64,000 nt of DNA from an uncultured Acidobacteriota bacterium (GCA_963720545.1 OY970399.1:1-64000); one strand, 5' to 3'. Shown: positions 1 to 9,603, numbered from the stretch's first letter. The notes: generated by a model not told the origin, from the sequence alone. Numbers and translations: made by a program.

Positions 1-71
1 AGGCCGTGTGGGGATCGAACCCACGACTCCCTGCTTAAAAGGCAGGCGCTCTACCACTGAGCTAACGGCCT
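1..71 (-). tRNA. tRNA-Lys(UUU), 3' discriminator/CCA cut off by the window edge
   Basis: Reverse complement folds as a cloverleaf: AGGCCGT/ACGGCCT acceptor stem, TAGCTCAGTGGTAGAGC D arm, CCTGC-CTTTTAA-GCAGG anticodon arm, GGTTCGATCC T arm. Confidence 0.95.
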
Positions 72-90
72 GCCGGGATTTTACAGGGAA

Positions 91-564
91 CTAGTTGGGG
101 CACACCGTGTAGGTGCGGCAGACGCGGTGGTCGGCGCCGGGCTGGCCGTCCGAGACGCAGTCCGTCGCGCTGACGCAGACGCCGTGGCCGCCGGGGTAGG
201 TGTTGGCCATGCGGCAGGTGCCGATTGCGTCGGGTTTGCCGGTGCCGTCGCTCTTGAACCAGAACTCGTAGCGCAGCTTGTCGCCCGGGTCGGGATCGGT
301 GGTGCCGCACATATTGAAGGTGACGGTCAGGGGGCCATTCGCCTGGATGCGGCCGTTCGGGCCGGCGGCGGGATTGGTCGTGAACTGGGCCGACGGCGGC
401 CGGTTAGCGGTAGTGCCGCCACTGCCGCCCGAAGGTGCCGACGGGTTGTTGGGGGAGCCGCCTCCCGAATCGGAGGGGTCGACGTTGGGGTCGCTGCCGC
501 ATGCGACGAAGACCGCGGCCATTGCGACCGCGGCCAGAACACAAAAAGGGCGAGGGATGTTCAC
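91..564 (-). CDS. Lipoprotein with Gly/Ser/Pro linker and PKD-like domain
   Basis: Hydrophobic N-terminus with lipobox-like VFVAC; NRPPSAQF...PLTVTFN...DPDPGDKLRY resembles a PKD domain; GGAGG RBS. Confidence 0.7.
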   Translation of the reverse strand: MNIPRPFCVLAAVAMAAVFVACGSDPNVDPSDSGGGSPNNPSAPSGGSGGTTANRPPSAQFTTNPAAGPNGRIQANGPLTVTFNMCGTTDPDPGDKLRYEFWFKSDGTGKPDAIGTCRMANTYPGGHGVCVSATDCVSDGQPGADHRVCRTYTVCPN

Positions 565-609
565 GCCTTTGCCTCCGGGGAAATGAGTGCCCCGAGGCTA
601 GGCGCGTGT

Positions 610-804
610 TCAGGCGGCTCTGGTGATGAGTGTCACAAGCGACGCAGGTTGTCCTGCGGTGAAACAAGTACCGCCGTGCGAGCCGGTTGAAGCACCCCAT
701 CCATGCTCTTGGTAGCGACGGAACGCATGGCAGGTCTGGCACCATTCGTCCGACGTGAGACCGACACCGCATTCGTGGCAACGTCCGCAACCCGCGTAAC
801 CCAT
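610..804 (-). CDS. Small Cys-rich protein (64 aa), putative metal-binding microprotein
   Basis: AAGGAGGT SD just upstream of the ATG at 804; CGRCHEC and CQTCH motifs. Confidence 0.5.
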   Translation of the reverse strand: MGYAGCGRCHECGVGLTSDEWCQTCHAFRRYQEHGWGASTGSHGGTCFTAGQPASLVTLITRAA

Positions 805-932
805 GGCACCTCCTTCTTGGACTTGTGAGTATGTTGTTACATCAAACGTACGACGCATTGGGACCAAAGATTCTCAAGAAACCGTAACAAAACGTTCAGC
901 GGTACGATGCACACCTGCAAACCCTTTAAATC

Positions 933-2024
933 ATGAGAGATGCGCGTCAGTACGTGACCCTGCCCGAACCCCTGCCGATGCGCATGGGCGACCCGCTTCC
1001 GGGCGTCGTCATGGCCTACGAGACGTGGGGCAGGCTCGATCCCGATCGCGGCAACATCGTCCTCATCGTGACCGGGCTGTCGCCGAGCGCGCATGCACGC
1101 TCGAACGACCAGGACGACCAGCCGGGATGGTGGGAGGCGATGATCGGTCCGGGCTGCGCCATCGACACGGACCGTTTCTTCGTCATCTGCGTGAACAGCC
1201 TCGGCAGCTGCTACGGGTCCACCGGTCCGGCAAGCGACGACCCGCGCACCGGCCGGCGCTACCGACTGACGTTCCCGGTGCTCACTGTGTGGGACATGGC
1301 GGCAGCGGCGCACGCTGCCATCAAGGCACTCGGCTACTCGCGCATTCGCGCCATCGTCGGGCCCTCGCTCGGCGGCATGGTTGCGCTCGCGTACGCCATG
1401 CTCTTTCCCGACGACGTGTCTGCGCTGGCCGTCATCTCGGGCGCGCCACACGCGTTGCCGCTCGCGGTCGCGCTGCGCTCGCTCCAGCGCGAGATCGTGC
1501 GCTCCGACCCCGCGTGGCGCGCGGGGGAGTATGCGGCCGATGCGCCGCCGGTCATGGGGCTGACGCTCGCGCGCAAGCTCGGCCTCATAACTTATCGGTC
1601 ACTCACCGAATGGAACGCGCGCTTCGGCCGGCGCAAGCTCGAGGAGCCGCCTGCTGACCAGTTCGCACCGCGGTTCGAGATCGAGGCGTACCTGGGCGCC
1701 GGCGCCAATCGCTTCGTGCAGACGTTCGACGCGAACTGCTATCTCTACCTGTCGCGCGCGATGGACCTGTTCGACGTCGCCGATGAAGGCGGCAGCGTTG
1801 CGAGCGGCCTCGCCCTGATCAAGACAAACGATGTGCTGGTGGTCGGCGTTGAAAGCGACTTCCTGTTTCCACCCGAACAACAAAGTGAACTCGCGGACCT
1901 GCTCGCACGGCCCGGGCGGCGCCTGGACTTCTCCTTGTTGCCGGCGACCCATGGGCACGACAGCTTCCTGCTCGACGCCGATCTCTTCGCGCCGGTGCTG
2001 GGCGGCTTCCTTCGTTCTTTATAG
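933..2024 (+). CDS. metX: MetX-family O-acyltransferase, probably of the serine-specific (DcsE/SST-like) subgroup
   Basis: AYETWG, PGWWEAMIGPG..IDTDRFFVIC.N.LGSCYGSTGP, GPSLGGM nucleophile, HGHDSFL; TGLSP turn motif. Confidence 0.9.
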   Translation: MRDARQYVTLPEPLPMRMGDPLPGVVMAYETWGRLDPDRGNIVLIVTGLSPSAHARSNDQDDQPGWWEAMIGPGCAIDTDRFFVICVNSLGSCYGSTGPASDDPRTGRRYRLTFPVLTVWDMAAAAHAAIKALGYSRIRAIVGPSLGGMVALAYAMLFPDDVSALAVISGAPHALPLAVALRSLQREIVRSDPAWRAGEYAADAPPVMGLTLARKLGLITYRSLTEWNARFGRRKLEEPPADQFAPRFEIEAYLGAGANRFVQTFDANCYLYLSRAMDLFDVADEGGSVASGLALIKTNDVLVVGVESDFLFPPEQQSELADLLARPGRRLDFSLLPATHGHDSFLLDADLFAPVLGGFLRSL

Positions 2025-2152
2025 GAAGGCGGTGGCCGCGTCCAAGCGATTGGTCGCGAGCGCCGGAGCACGCAACAAACTAAGACAAGAGCTAATGCAA
2101 CTTCGGCGTCCTGGCTGCCGTCATACATTCCAGAAGCCAGGAGACAACGAAA

Positions 2153-2425
2153 ATGATGCTTACCCTCGCACCTCTCGCAATCGCAGCCGCACTCGCAAAC
2201 ACCGCGCCCACGGCGCCTCAGGCTCCTCAGGCGTTCGACTCCAGCTACTACGGCGAGTCCGCAGACCAGCTGCGCGACGTGCCTCTCACCGCGGTCGTTC
2301 TGGCCGCGTCCGCCGTCGACCTCAGCCAGCGCATGAACGATCTGGGCTTCGTGGGTTCCACCGGACTCTTCGGAGCGCCAGCGCAGCTTTCGAGCAACCC
2401 GCAGTCGCCGGCCTGCCCTCGCTAA
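2153..2425 (+). CDS. Small secreted hypothetical protein
   Basis: AGGAG RBS, signal-peptide-like N-terminus, high-GC3 codons. Confidence 0.5.
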   Translation: MMLTLAPLAIAAALANTAPTAPQAPQAFDSSYYGESADQLRDVPLTAVVLAASAVDLSQRMNDLGFVGSTGLFGAPAQLSSNPQSPACPR

Positions 2426-2552
2426 ACTCCGTCGTCGCGTCGACGCACCATCGTCGTATCGACGATGGTGGCGTCCGACGGCAGAAGCTGTAACCGCCGG
2501 CGCAACGCCGCGGCTCGGTCGCACAATCGTCGTCGGCTAACATACGCGTCGC

Positions 2553-3122
2553 ATGGAAGCCGCAACGCACGTCCGCTGGTGCCCGCAATGCGACGAGGAG
2601 TTCCGTCCCGACATCGCCCGCTGCTCCGACTGCGGCGGCGCGCTGGTGGAGCGGCAGCTCGACGCGTCGGGCAACCTCGTGCATCCCGTTGAAGACGGCG
2701 CTACATCCTCCGAAACGGCAGTCACTGCCTTGCCAGCTGACGTGACGGAACTGACTCACGCGCGGACCACGCAGGAGTTCCGCGCCATGGGCGACGCGCT
2801 CGACGCGGCCGCAGTCGCCTTCCACGCGGTCTTCGTTCCCGATCCGCCGGGTGCTGCGCGCAACGTGCTGGGCGGGCGCTTCGTCATCGCAGTTCATGCC
2901 GACGACCGAGCCAATGCCATCGCAGCGCTGCGCCCGCAGCTCGGCATCGAAGCCGTCGAAGGCGATGCGCTGGCCGTGGAACGTTATGACGCCGCGGCCG
3001 GGTATACGGCGTGTCCTGCGTGCGGCACGCAGCTCGCTGCCGGCGCGCAGGCGTGCGCCGAGTGCGGCTTGATGCTCGGCGGCGATCTCGACCCCGATCC
3101 CGGCTCCAAGAGCGAGTCGTAG
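2553..3122 (+). CDS. Hypothetical protein with N- and C-terminal zinc ribbons (DUF2007-like middle)
   Basis: CPQC...CSDC and CPAC...CAEC pairs. Confidence 0.7.
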   Translation: MEAATHVRWCPQCDEEFRPDIARCSDCGGALVERQLDASGNLVHPVEDGATSSETAVTALPADVTELTHARTTQEFRAMGDALDAAAVAFHAVFVPDPPGAARNVLGGRFVIAVHADDRANAIAALRPQLGIEAVEGDALAVERYDAAAGYTACPACGTQLAAGAQACAECGLMLGGDLDPDPGSKSES

Positions 3123-3151
3123 CTCTCGCTCCGGCGCTGAGCATCGAACCA

Positions 3152-4546
3152 ATGCGTGCACTCTTCTCCAGATTGTGGGCTGGACCCGGCGGCGGCGGGG
3201 ACGTGTGGAAGATCGCCTACCCGCTGATCCTCAGCCACATGTCGCTGGTGGTGCAGCTCTTCTTCGACCGCGTGTTCCTCACCTGGCATTCGCCCGAAGG
3301 AGTTGCCGGCGCCGTCACCGGCGGCTTCTTCTGCTACGTCGTCATCCTGCTGTTCACCTCCACCGCCGAATACCTGACGACGTTCGTCGCGCAATACTTC
3401 GGTGCGGGCCGGCTGCGCCGCATCGGTCCGGTGATGTGGCAAGGCGTCTACTTCGCGATGCTGGCCGCGGTGCTGATTGCCGCAACGCAGCCGTTCGCGG
3501 CACCTTTCTTCCGCGCGGCAGGCCACGCGCCCAAGGTGCTGGCGGCCGAGATCGAGTACTCGAGCATCATCCTCTTTGGTGCCTTTCCGGCGGTGCTGAT
3601 GGCGGCGCTCGCGAGCTTCTATTCGGGCCGCGGCCTCACCAAGGTCATCCTCATGGTGAACATCGTTGCGACGCTCATCGACATTGTCCTCAACTTCGGC
3701 CTGATCTTCGGCCGCTTCGGGCTGCCGGCGATGGGCATCACCGGGGCTGCGCTGTCCACGGTCATCGGCCAGCTGGCGGGCGCCCTCATCTACGTGGCGC
3801 TCATCCTGGGACGCCGCAATCGCCAGGAGTTCGACACCGCCTCCGGATATCGCTTCGATGCCGCGCTCCTCAAGCGGCTGGTGAAGTTTGGCTTTCCCGC
3901 GGGCCTGCAGGTGTCGATCGAGATCCTCTGCTTCTCGCTCTTCATGCTCATCATCGGCCAGATCAGCACCGCGTCGCTCGCGGCCAGCAGCATCGCCTTC
4001 AGCCTCAACGCCATCGTGTTCTTCCCGATGGTGGGCCTCGGCATCGGCGTGTCCTCCCTGGTCGGCCGCTATCTCGGCGCCGAGAATCCGGCCACCGCGC
4101 AGCGCGCCGTCTATTCGGGCTTCACGCTCAGCATCATCTATATGACGGCGTGCGGGGCCGTCTATTGCCTGGCACCCGGCCTGCTGCTCGCACCGTTCGG
4201 CGCCAAGGCCGATCCGGCCGAGTTTGCATTGATCTCCGACGTCGCCGTGGTGCTGCTGCGCTTCGTGGCGCTCTATTCCATCTTCGACATGCTCAACGTC
4301 ATTTTTGCGGCGGCGCTGAAAGGCGCGGGCGATACGACGTATCCTCTGGTGCTGACGATCCTGCTGGGAGTGTTCGCCATGCTGATTCCGGCGTACGTCC
4401 TCTGCCACTACCTCGGTTACGGCGTGTACGCGGCCTGGTGTACAGCTACGGCTTACGTGGTCCTCATCGGCCTGCTGATGGTGCGCCGCTTCCGCACCGG
4501 CAAGTGGCGCGGCATGCGGGTGATCGAGCCGGTGGTGGCCATCTGA
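3152..4546 (+). CDS. MATE family efflux transporter
   Basis: About 12 TM helices; DRVFL, AQYFGAG, LNFGLIFGRFGLPAMGITGAA and GRYLGA MATE signatures. Confidence 0.9.
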   Translation: MRALFSRLWAGPGGGGDVWKIAYPLILSHMSLVVQLFFDRVFLTWHSPEGVAGAVTGGFFCYVVILLFTSTAEYLTTFVAQYFGAGRLRRIGPVMWQGVYFAMLAAVLIAATQPFAAPFFRAAGHAPKVLAAEIEYSSIILFGAFPAVLMAALASFYSGRGLTKVILMVNIVATLIDIVLNFGLIFGRFGLPAMGITGAALSTVIGQLAGALIYVALILGRRNRQEFDTASGYRFDAALLKRLVKFGFPAGLQVSIEILCFSLFMLIIGQISTASLAASSIAFSLNAIVFFPMVGLGIGVSSLVGRYLGAENPATAQRAVYSGFTLSIIYMTACGAVYCLAPGLLLAPFGAKADPAEFALISDVAVVLLRFVALYSIFDMLNVIFAAALKGAGDTTYPLVLTILLGVFAMLIPAYVLCHYLGYGVYAAWCTATAYVVLIGLLMVRRFRTGKWRGMRVIEPVVAI

Positions 4547-5178
4547 TGGAACTCGCGTTCCGCAGTTTCCTCACGCTCTTCGTCACGCTAGATCCCATCG
4601 GCCTAGCACCGCTGTTCATGGCGATCGCCGGCGGCCGCAGCAGCGCCGATCGCAAGCGCATCGCCGGGCGTTCGGTGGTGGTGGCCGGTGCCGTGCTGCT
4701 GAGCTTCGCGGTGGGCGGGGATGCGGTGCTGCGCCATCTCGGCATCACGCTCGACGCCTTCCGCGTAGCCGGCGGCATTCTGCTGCTGCTCATCGCGATC
4801 GACATGGTGCTGGCGCAGCACGAACGCGAGACTGAAGAAGAGGCGGCCGAGTCGCGCTCGCGCCAGGACATCACCGTGTTCCCGCTCGCGATCCCGCTGA
4901 TGGCCGGCCCGGCCGGGCTCACCAGCATCATGATCCTCTCCGCCGAGTCGCGCACCCAGCAAGGCGGCCTCGCCATCGTGCTCGGCACCTGCGTTGCGAT
5001 CCTCGCGCTCTGTTACATCGCGCTGCGCGTGTCGGGGTTCCTGGCGCGCATCCTCGGCGTCACCGGGGTCAACGTCATCACCCGCATCCTCGGCATTCTG
5101 CTGGCGGCGCTCGCCGTCCAGTACATCGGCGACGGCGTGCGGGTGTTCCTCGGCATCGGCATTTCCGACCCCGCCTGA
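4546..5178 (+). CDS. MarC family integral membrane protein
   Basis: LFVTLDPIG, AFRVAGGILL, VFPLAIPLMAGP, ITRILGILLAALAVQ; TGATG coupling to the MATE gene. Confidence 0.9.
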   Translation: MELAFRSFLTLFVTLDPIGLAPLFMAIAGGRSSADRKRIAGRSVVVAGAVLLSFAVGGDAVLRHLGITLDAFRVAGGILLLLIAIDMVLAQHERETEEEAAESRSRQDITVFPLAIPLMAGPAGLTSIMILSAESRTQQGGLAIVLGTCVAILALCYIALRVSGFLARILGVTGVNVITRILGILLAALAVQYIGDGVRVFLGIGISDPA

Positions 5179-5229
5179 GCCGGGGCGAGCCGGACCCGGC
5201 GCGGCAGCAAGGCGCCGTACACTGGGACC

Positions 5230-5754
5230 GTGATCGAGTACTGCACTTTCGCCACCGCACTGGGCACGGGCGGTATCGCCTGGGGAGCGAACGGTGTCGT
5301 CGGTGTGGCGCTGCCGGTCGAAACCGCGGCCGCCGCCCGCGAGCAGATGGAGCGGCGTTTTCGCGGCGCCGCCGTGGGCACGCCGCCGGCTGCCGTGCAG
5401 GCGGTCATCGACGGCATCGTGTTGCTGATGCTCGGCGAGCGGGTAGACCTCTCGCAGGCGCCGGTAGACATGAGCGGCGTCCCCGAGTTCAACCGCCGCG
5501 TCTACGAGCTCACCATGTCGATCCCGCCGGGGAAGACGCTCTCCTACGGCGAAATCGCCACCCGCCTGGGCGACCCCGGCGCGGCCCGCGCCGTGGGCCA
5601 GGCCATGGGCCAGAACCCGTTCGCGCCAGTGGTGCCGTGCCACCGGGTGGTGGGCGCAGCGGGCAAGCTCGGCGGCTTTTCGGCGACCGGCGGCACCGCC
5701 ACCAAGGTGCGGCTGCTCGCGATCGAAGCGGGTCAGGGCCAGCTGTTTCTTTGA
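5230..5754 (+). CDS. ogt: Methylated-DNA-protein-cysteine methyltransferase
   Basis: IPPGKTLSYGEIA, ARAVGQAMGQNP, PCHRV active site. Confidence 0.92.
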   Translation: MIEYCTFATALGTGGIAWGANGVVGVALPVETAAAAREQMERRFRGAAVGTPPAAVQAVIDGIVLLMLGERVDLSQAPVDMSGVPEFNRRVYELTMSIPPGKTLSYGEIATRLGDPGAARAVGQAMGQNPFAPVVPCHRVVGAAGKLGGFSATGGTATKVRLLAIEAGQGQLFL

Positions 5755-5796
5755 TGTTGTAGTTTCGCTTTCTCTTCGCCTAAGATTCACCTCGCG

Positions 5797-6156
5797 GTGA
5801 TCGACGAAGACGAAGCCCGGCGAATCGACAGGGCGCGGCGCGAGACGGTCGATCCGTCGATGAGGCGCTGGCTGTCCGAGCTGCTCGCCGATCGCCGCGA
5901 ACGGCGCAACCGCGAACTCGAGATGTCGCGGCGGCTGCATACGGTGCGGCAGCGCCTGCAGAAGGCGGCCGAGTACGTAGACGGCCTGGTTGAAGACGCC
6001 TACAGCCTGGCGCGTTCGTCAGAACCCACCAAGGTGCCGTGCCCGGTGTGCGGCGCGCCGGTGGAAATCGTCGGCACCACCGCCGACGCCTCCGGCCCGG
6101 GCAAGCAGGTGATGACCTACGACCATTCCGACGGCCGCCGCTGCCTCGCGCCTTGA
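5797..6156 (+). CDS. Hypothetical protein, helical N-terminus plus CPVC...H...C zinc ribbon
   Basis: Fills the gap between ogt and the convergent hydrolase; typical codon usage. Confidence 0.6.
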   Translation: MIDEDEARRIDRARRETVDPSMRRWLSELLADRRERRNRELEMSRRLHTVRQRLQKAAEYVDGLVEDAYSLARSSEPTKVPCPVCGAPVEIVGTTADASGPGKQVMTYDHSDGRRCLAP

Positions 6157-6165
6157 GCGGCTCGG

Positions 6166-7050
6166 CTACGCCGTGAGAAACGCCTCGATCGCACCGAACA
6201 CCTGCTCCGGCGCCTCGATCCACGGCGCATGGCCGCCGTCTTCTACGCGCACCAGTCGCGCGGTTGGCAGCAGTGCCACCCAGTCGAGCGCCGCGCCAAA
6301 GGGCACGCTGCGATCGCGGGTGCCGTGGATCGTCAACACCGGTGCCGCGAGCTGCGCGGCGCCGAGCGCCGCGAGGTCGATGGCCTGCAGCGACGGCACG
6401 ATGTGGGTGATCCAGTAGCGGTTGAACCCGCGCTCGTTGGCGAGGTGGCAGCGGCCCCAGTCGGCGCGATGCGCATCTTCCGTGCGGGTCACGAACAAGC
6501 GCCGCAGGCGCAGCCAGAACTCCCGGCAGAAGGCCTCCTCATCCATCGTGCCGCGCTCTTTCTGCAACGCGCCGAGTGCTGCCGACACTTCCTGCAGCAC
6601 GTTGTCGCCGGCGGTCAGCTCGAGCGGATACGCCTTGCCGGGGTGGGGGGACATCGCGCCAACCTGTACGACACGGCCGGTGTGGGCCGGATGGAGCAGC
6701 GCGTAGAGGATCACGGTGAGCCCGACGTAGGAGTGTCCGAGCAGGTCGACGCGGTCGAAACCCCAGGCGCGTCGCACGCAGTCGATGTCGGCGACGTCGT
6801 TGCGGATGCCCGCCGCAAGCAGGGCCGGATCCGTCACCGCATCCGACATGCCGCGGTTGCGCAGGTCCATGGCGACGAGCGTGCGGCCGCGCGCCAGCGG
6901 CTCGAGGTCATCGAGCGTGGCGACGCCGTTGGGCACCAGCAGTGCACGCCGGGCGCCGGACCCTGCCGTGCCGAGACGCCGGCTGAAGATACGGGTGCCG
7001 CCTTCACAGGTGACGTAGCGGTCTTCGCGGGTTTCGTCTTCGTCCCTCAT
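6166..7050 (-). CDS. Alpha/beta fold hydrolase
   Basis: DLRNRGMS, GHSYVG nucleophile, HGTRD, GGHAPWIEAPE. Confidence 0.85.
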   Translation of the reverse strand: MRDEDETREDRYVTCEGGTRIFSRRLGTAGSGARRALLVPNGVATLDDLEPLARGRTLVAMDLRNRGMSDAVTDPALLAAGIRNDVADIDCVRRAWGFDRVDLLGHSYVGLTVILYALLHPAHTGRVVQVGAMSPHPGKAYPLELTAGDNVLQEVSAALGALQKERGTMDEEAFCREFWLRLRRLFVTRTEDAHRADWGRCHLANERGFNRYWITHIVPSLQAIDLAALGAAQLAAPVLTIHGTRDRSVPFGAALDWVALLPTARLVRVEDGGHAPWIEAPEQVFGAIEAFLTA

Positions 7051-7066
7051 CGGCGTCCCCCAAATG

Positions 7067-7095
7067 AAAAAGCCGCGCGGACGGCGCGGCTTCTC
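7067..7095 (-). terminator. Intrinsic terminator inside the 5' leader of the hydrolase gene
   Basis: Minus strand AAGCCGCGC-CGTCC-GCGCGGCTT hairpin followed by a U-run. Confidence 0.65.
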
Positions 7096-7121
7096 ACGGA
7101 TAATCCGGCTTGACGGCGGGG

Positions 7122-7150
7122 AATCTAGGCACGGGTAAGGGCGCCGTCAA
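7122..7150 (-). promoter_or_regulatory. Sigma70-type promoter
   Basis: Minus strand TTGACG-17 bp-TAGATT; framed by a 10-bp inverted repeat at 7109-7118 and 7142-7151. Confidence 0.6.
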
Positions 7151-7203
7151 GTGAGCGCCATTTTTTTGGGCAACCGGCCGGGCGGGGAAGGCGTCCTAAG
7201 GGC

Positions 7204-9603
7204 ATGAAGCCATTCGCCGACCGCGCCTACGCCGCCACCGTGGTCCTCACCCTGGCGCTCGCTATCGGCGCCGCGACCGCCGTTTTCTCCATCGTCGACG
7301 GGGTGCTGCTGAAACCGCTACCGTACGCCGAGCCGGCGCGCCTCGTGGGCATTCGCGAGGTCTGGCAGGAGTTCGCCGACCGGATGGACCGGCTGCCTGT
7401 GAACGAGCGCCACTTCGAGTACTGGCGGGCCAACAGCCGCGCGTTCGAGTCGCTCGCGCAGTACGTGGTGCGGCCGGTGAACCTGACCGGCGGCGGCGAG
7501 GCGGCGCAGATACGGGTGGCGCGCGCCAGCGGCTCGCTGTTCGACGTGCTGCGCACGCAGCCGGCGCTCGGTCGCGCGCTGCGTCCGTCGGATGAGCCCG
7601 AGGGCGCCGCGAACGTCGTGGTGCTCGGCGATTCGCTGTGGCGACGGCGCTTCTCGGCCGACCCGCACGTCGTGGGCAAGGCGGCGATCATCGACGGGCG
7701 CCCGCACGAGATCGTCGGTGTGCTGCCCACATCGTTCCGCCTGCCGTCGGGCCAGCAGCTCGAGGCGGGGATCGACGCGGTCGTGCCGCTGCGGATCACG
7801 AGCGGCTGGTATGCGGACCACAATACCGAAGCCATCGGCAGGCTGCGTGCTGGCGCCACGCTGGCACAAGCCAGGGTCGAACTCGACACGCTGCAGCGCC
7901 AGGTCAGCGAGGTCGCGACGCGCGAAGCGCACGAGACGGTGACGCTCTCGGCCATCGCAATGCCGCTGGCCGAGCAAGTCATCGGTCCCTCGCGGCGCAG
8001 CCTGCTGGTCTTGTTCGCTTCCATCATCGCCGTGCTCCTCATTGCCTGCTCTAACCTCGCCAACCTGGCGCTCACGCGCACGCTCGCTCGGCTTGGCGAC
8101 ACGGCCGTGCGCTCGGCGCTGGGTGCAAGCCGGGGAAGGCTCGCCGGCGCGGCGCTGGGCGAACAGCTCGTGCTGTCGTTCGCCGGCTGCGCCGCCGGGC
8201 TGGTGGTTGCGTGGGCTGCATTGCGCGTCTTCGTGCTGACGGCACCTCTCGACGTGCCGCGCATCGAGGAAGCGCGGCTCGATGCGCGGGTGCTCGCGTT
8301 CGCAGTTTTCATTTCACTTGTCGCGGGCGCGCTGATCGCGCTGGTACCGGCGTGGCGTGCCGCGGGCAGCAACGTGCAGCAGGCCTTGCGCCTTGGCGGC
8401 AACCGCGTGGCCTCCGACCGCAAGGCGCTGCGCGGCCACGGCATCCTGCTGGCGCTTCAGGTGGGTCTGTCGGTCGCGCTGCTGGTGGTTACCGGCCTCT
8501 TCATCGTGAGCTTCAAGCGCGTGCTCAGTGCCGAACGCGGCTTCGACGCGCAGCGCGTCCTGGTGATCGACGCCGCGCTACCCGCCAGCCGCTACCAGGA
8601 CGAAGCCGCGCGCACGGCGACCTACGACCGGATGCTTGCCGCGGTGCGCCAGGTGAGCGGCGTCGCGGACGTGGCCAGCGTTTCGGCGGTGCCGCTGCGC
8701 GGGGAGAGCCAGATCAACCTCATCGCCGCCAGCGGCCGCGCGGCGACGAATTCGCTGCTGCCGCAAGCCAACTACCGTTCCGTGGCTCCCGGCTATTTCG
8801 AGACGCTCGGCGTTGCGCTGCGGCGCGGGCGCGTCTTCGACGATGGCGACCGCCAACCCGGCAGGGCGGTCCCCGCTGTGATCTCCGAAGCAGCGGCGCG
8901 GCGTGTCTGGCCTGGCGAGGACCCTGTCGGGCGCCGCTTCGGACGCGGCACCGAAAACACCGAGGAGCTGGAGGTGGTCGGCGTCGCGGCCGAAGCGCGC
9001 ACCGTCACCTTCGACGGCACGCAGCCGCTGCTGGTGTACGTGCCGCACTGGTGGCGCAGCCGCATGACGGTGTCACTGCTGGTGAAGACCACCACCGACG
9101 CCGCCGCGGTGCTGGCGCCAATCCGCCGCGCCGTTAAGTTGGTGGACCCGGAAATCGCCATCGGCGAAACGCGCCCCTTCGAGGCCCTGGTAGACCGGGC
9201 GATCGCAGGCAGGCGCTATCAGGCGCGCATTTTCACCGCATTCGGCGCGGCGGCGCTGCTCATCGCGGTCGTCGGTGTCTGGGCAGTGACGTCCTACAGC
9301 GTCTCGCGGCGGCGCCGCGAGATGAACATCCGCGTGGCGCTCGGCGCCGGCCGGTCGCAGGTGGTGGGCTTGGTCCTGCGCGAAGGGGCGCGGCCGATGG
9401 CAGCCGGCATCCTCGCCGGAGTCGCCGCGGCAGCCGCCCTTGGCGGCGCCATCACCAGCCTGCTGTTTGGTGTACAAGCGCACGATCCGGCAGTGTTCGC
9501 GGCCGTGGCGGCCATCGTCGCCGCGGCCGGCCTCGGTACTTGTGCTGTTGCAGCAAGACGTGGCCTCGCTATCGATCCCGCCGCCGCCTTGCGCGAGCAG
9601 TAG
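7204..9603 (+). CDS. ADOP-family duplicated MacB/FtsX-type ABC permease
   Basis: LTLALAIGAATAVFSIVDGVLLKPLPY, LLIACSNLANL, two R.ALGA.R FtsX motifs, C-terminal IDPAAALRE. Confidence 0.9.
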   Translation: MKPFADRAYAATVVLTLALAIGAATAVFSIVDGVLLKPLPYAEPARLVGIREVWQEFADRMDRLPVNERHFEYWRANSRAFESLAQYVVRPVNLTGGGEAAQIRVARASGSLFDVLRTQPALGRALRPSDEPEGAANVVVLGDSLWRRRFSADPHVVGKAAIIDGRPHEIVGVLPTSFRLPSGQQLEAGIDAVVPLRITSGWYADHNTEAIGRLRAGATLAQARVELDTLQRQVSEVATREAHETVTLSAIAMPLAEQVIGPSRRSLLVLFASIIAVLLIACSNLANLALTRTLARLGDTAVRSALGASRGRLAGAALGEQLVLSFAGCAAGLVVAWAALRVFVLTAPLDVPRIEEARLDARVLAFAVFISLVAGALIALVPAWRAAGSNVQQALRLGGNRVASDRKALRGHGILLALQVGLSVALLVVTGLFIVSFKRVLSAERGFDAQRVLVIDAALPASRYQDEAARTATYDRMLAAVRQVSGVADVASVSAVPLRGESQINLIAASGRAATNSLLPQANYRSVAPGYFETLGVALRRGRVFDDGDRQPGRAVPAVISEAAARRVWPGEDPVGRRFGRGTENTEELEVVGVAAEARTVTFDGTQPLLVYVPHWWRSRMTVSLLVKTTTDAAAVLAPIRRAVKLVDPEIAIGETRPFEALVDRAIAGRRYQARIFTAFGAAALLIAVVGVWAVTSYSVSRRRREMNIRVALGAGRSQVVGLVLREGARPMAAGILAGVAAAAALGGAITSLLFGVQAHDPAVFAAVAAIVAAAGLGTCAVAARRGLAIDPAAALREQ

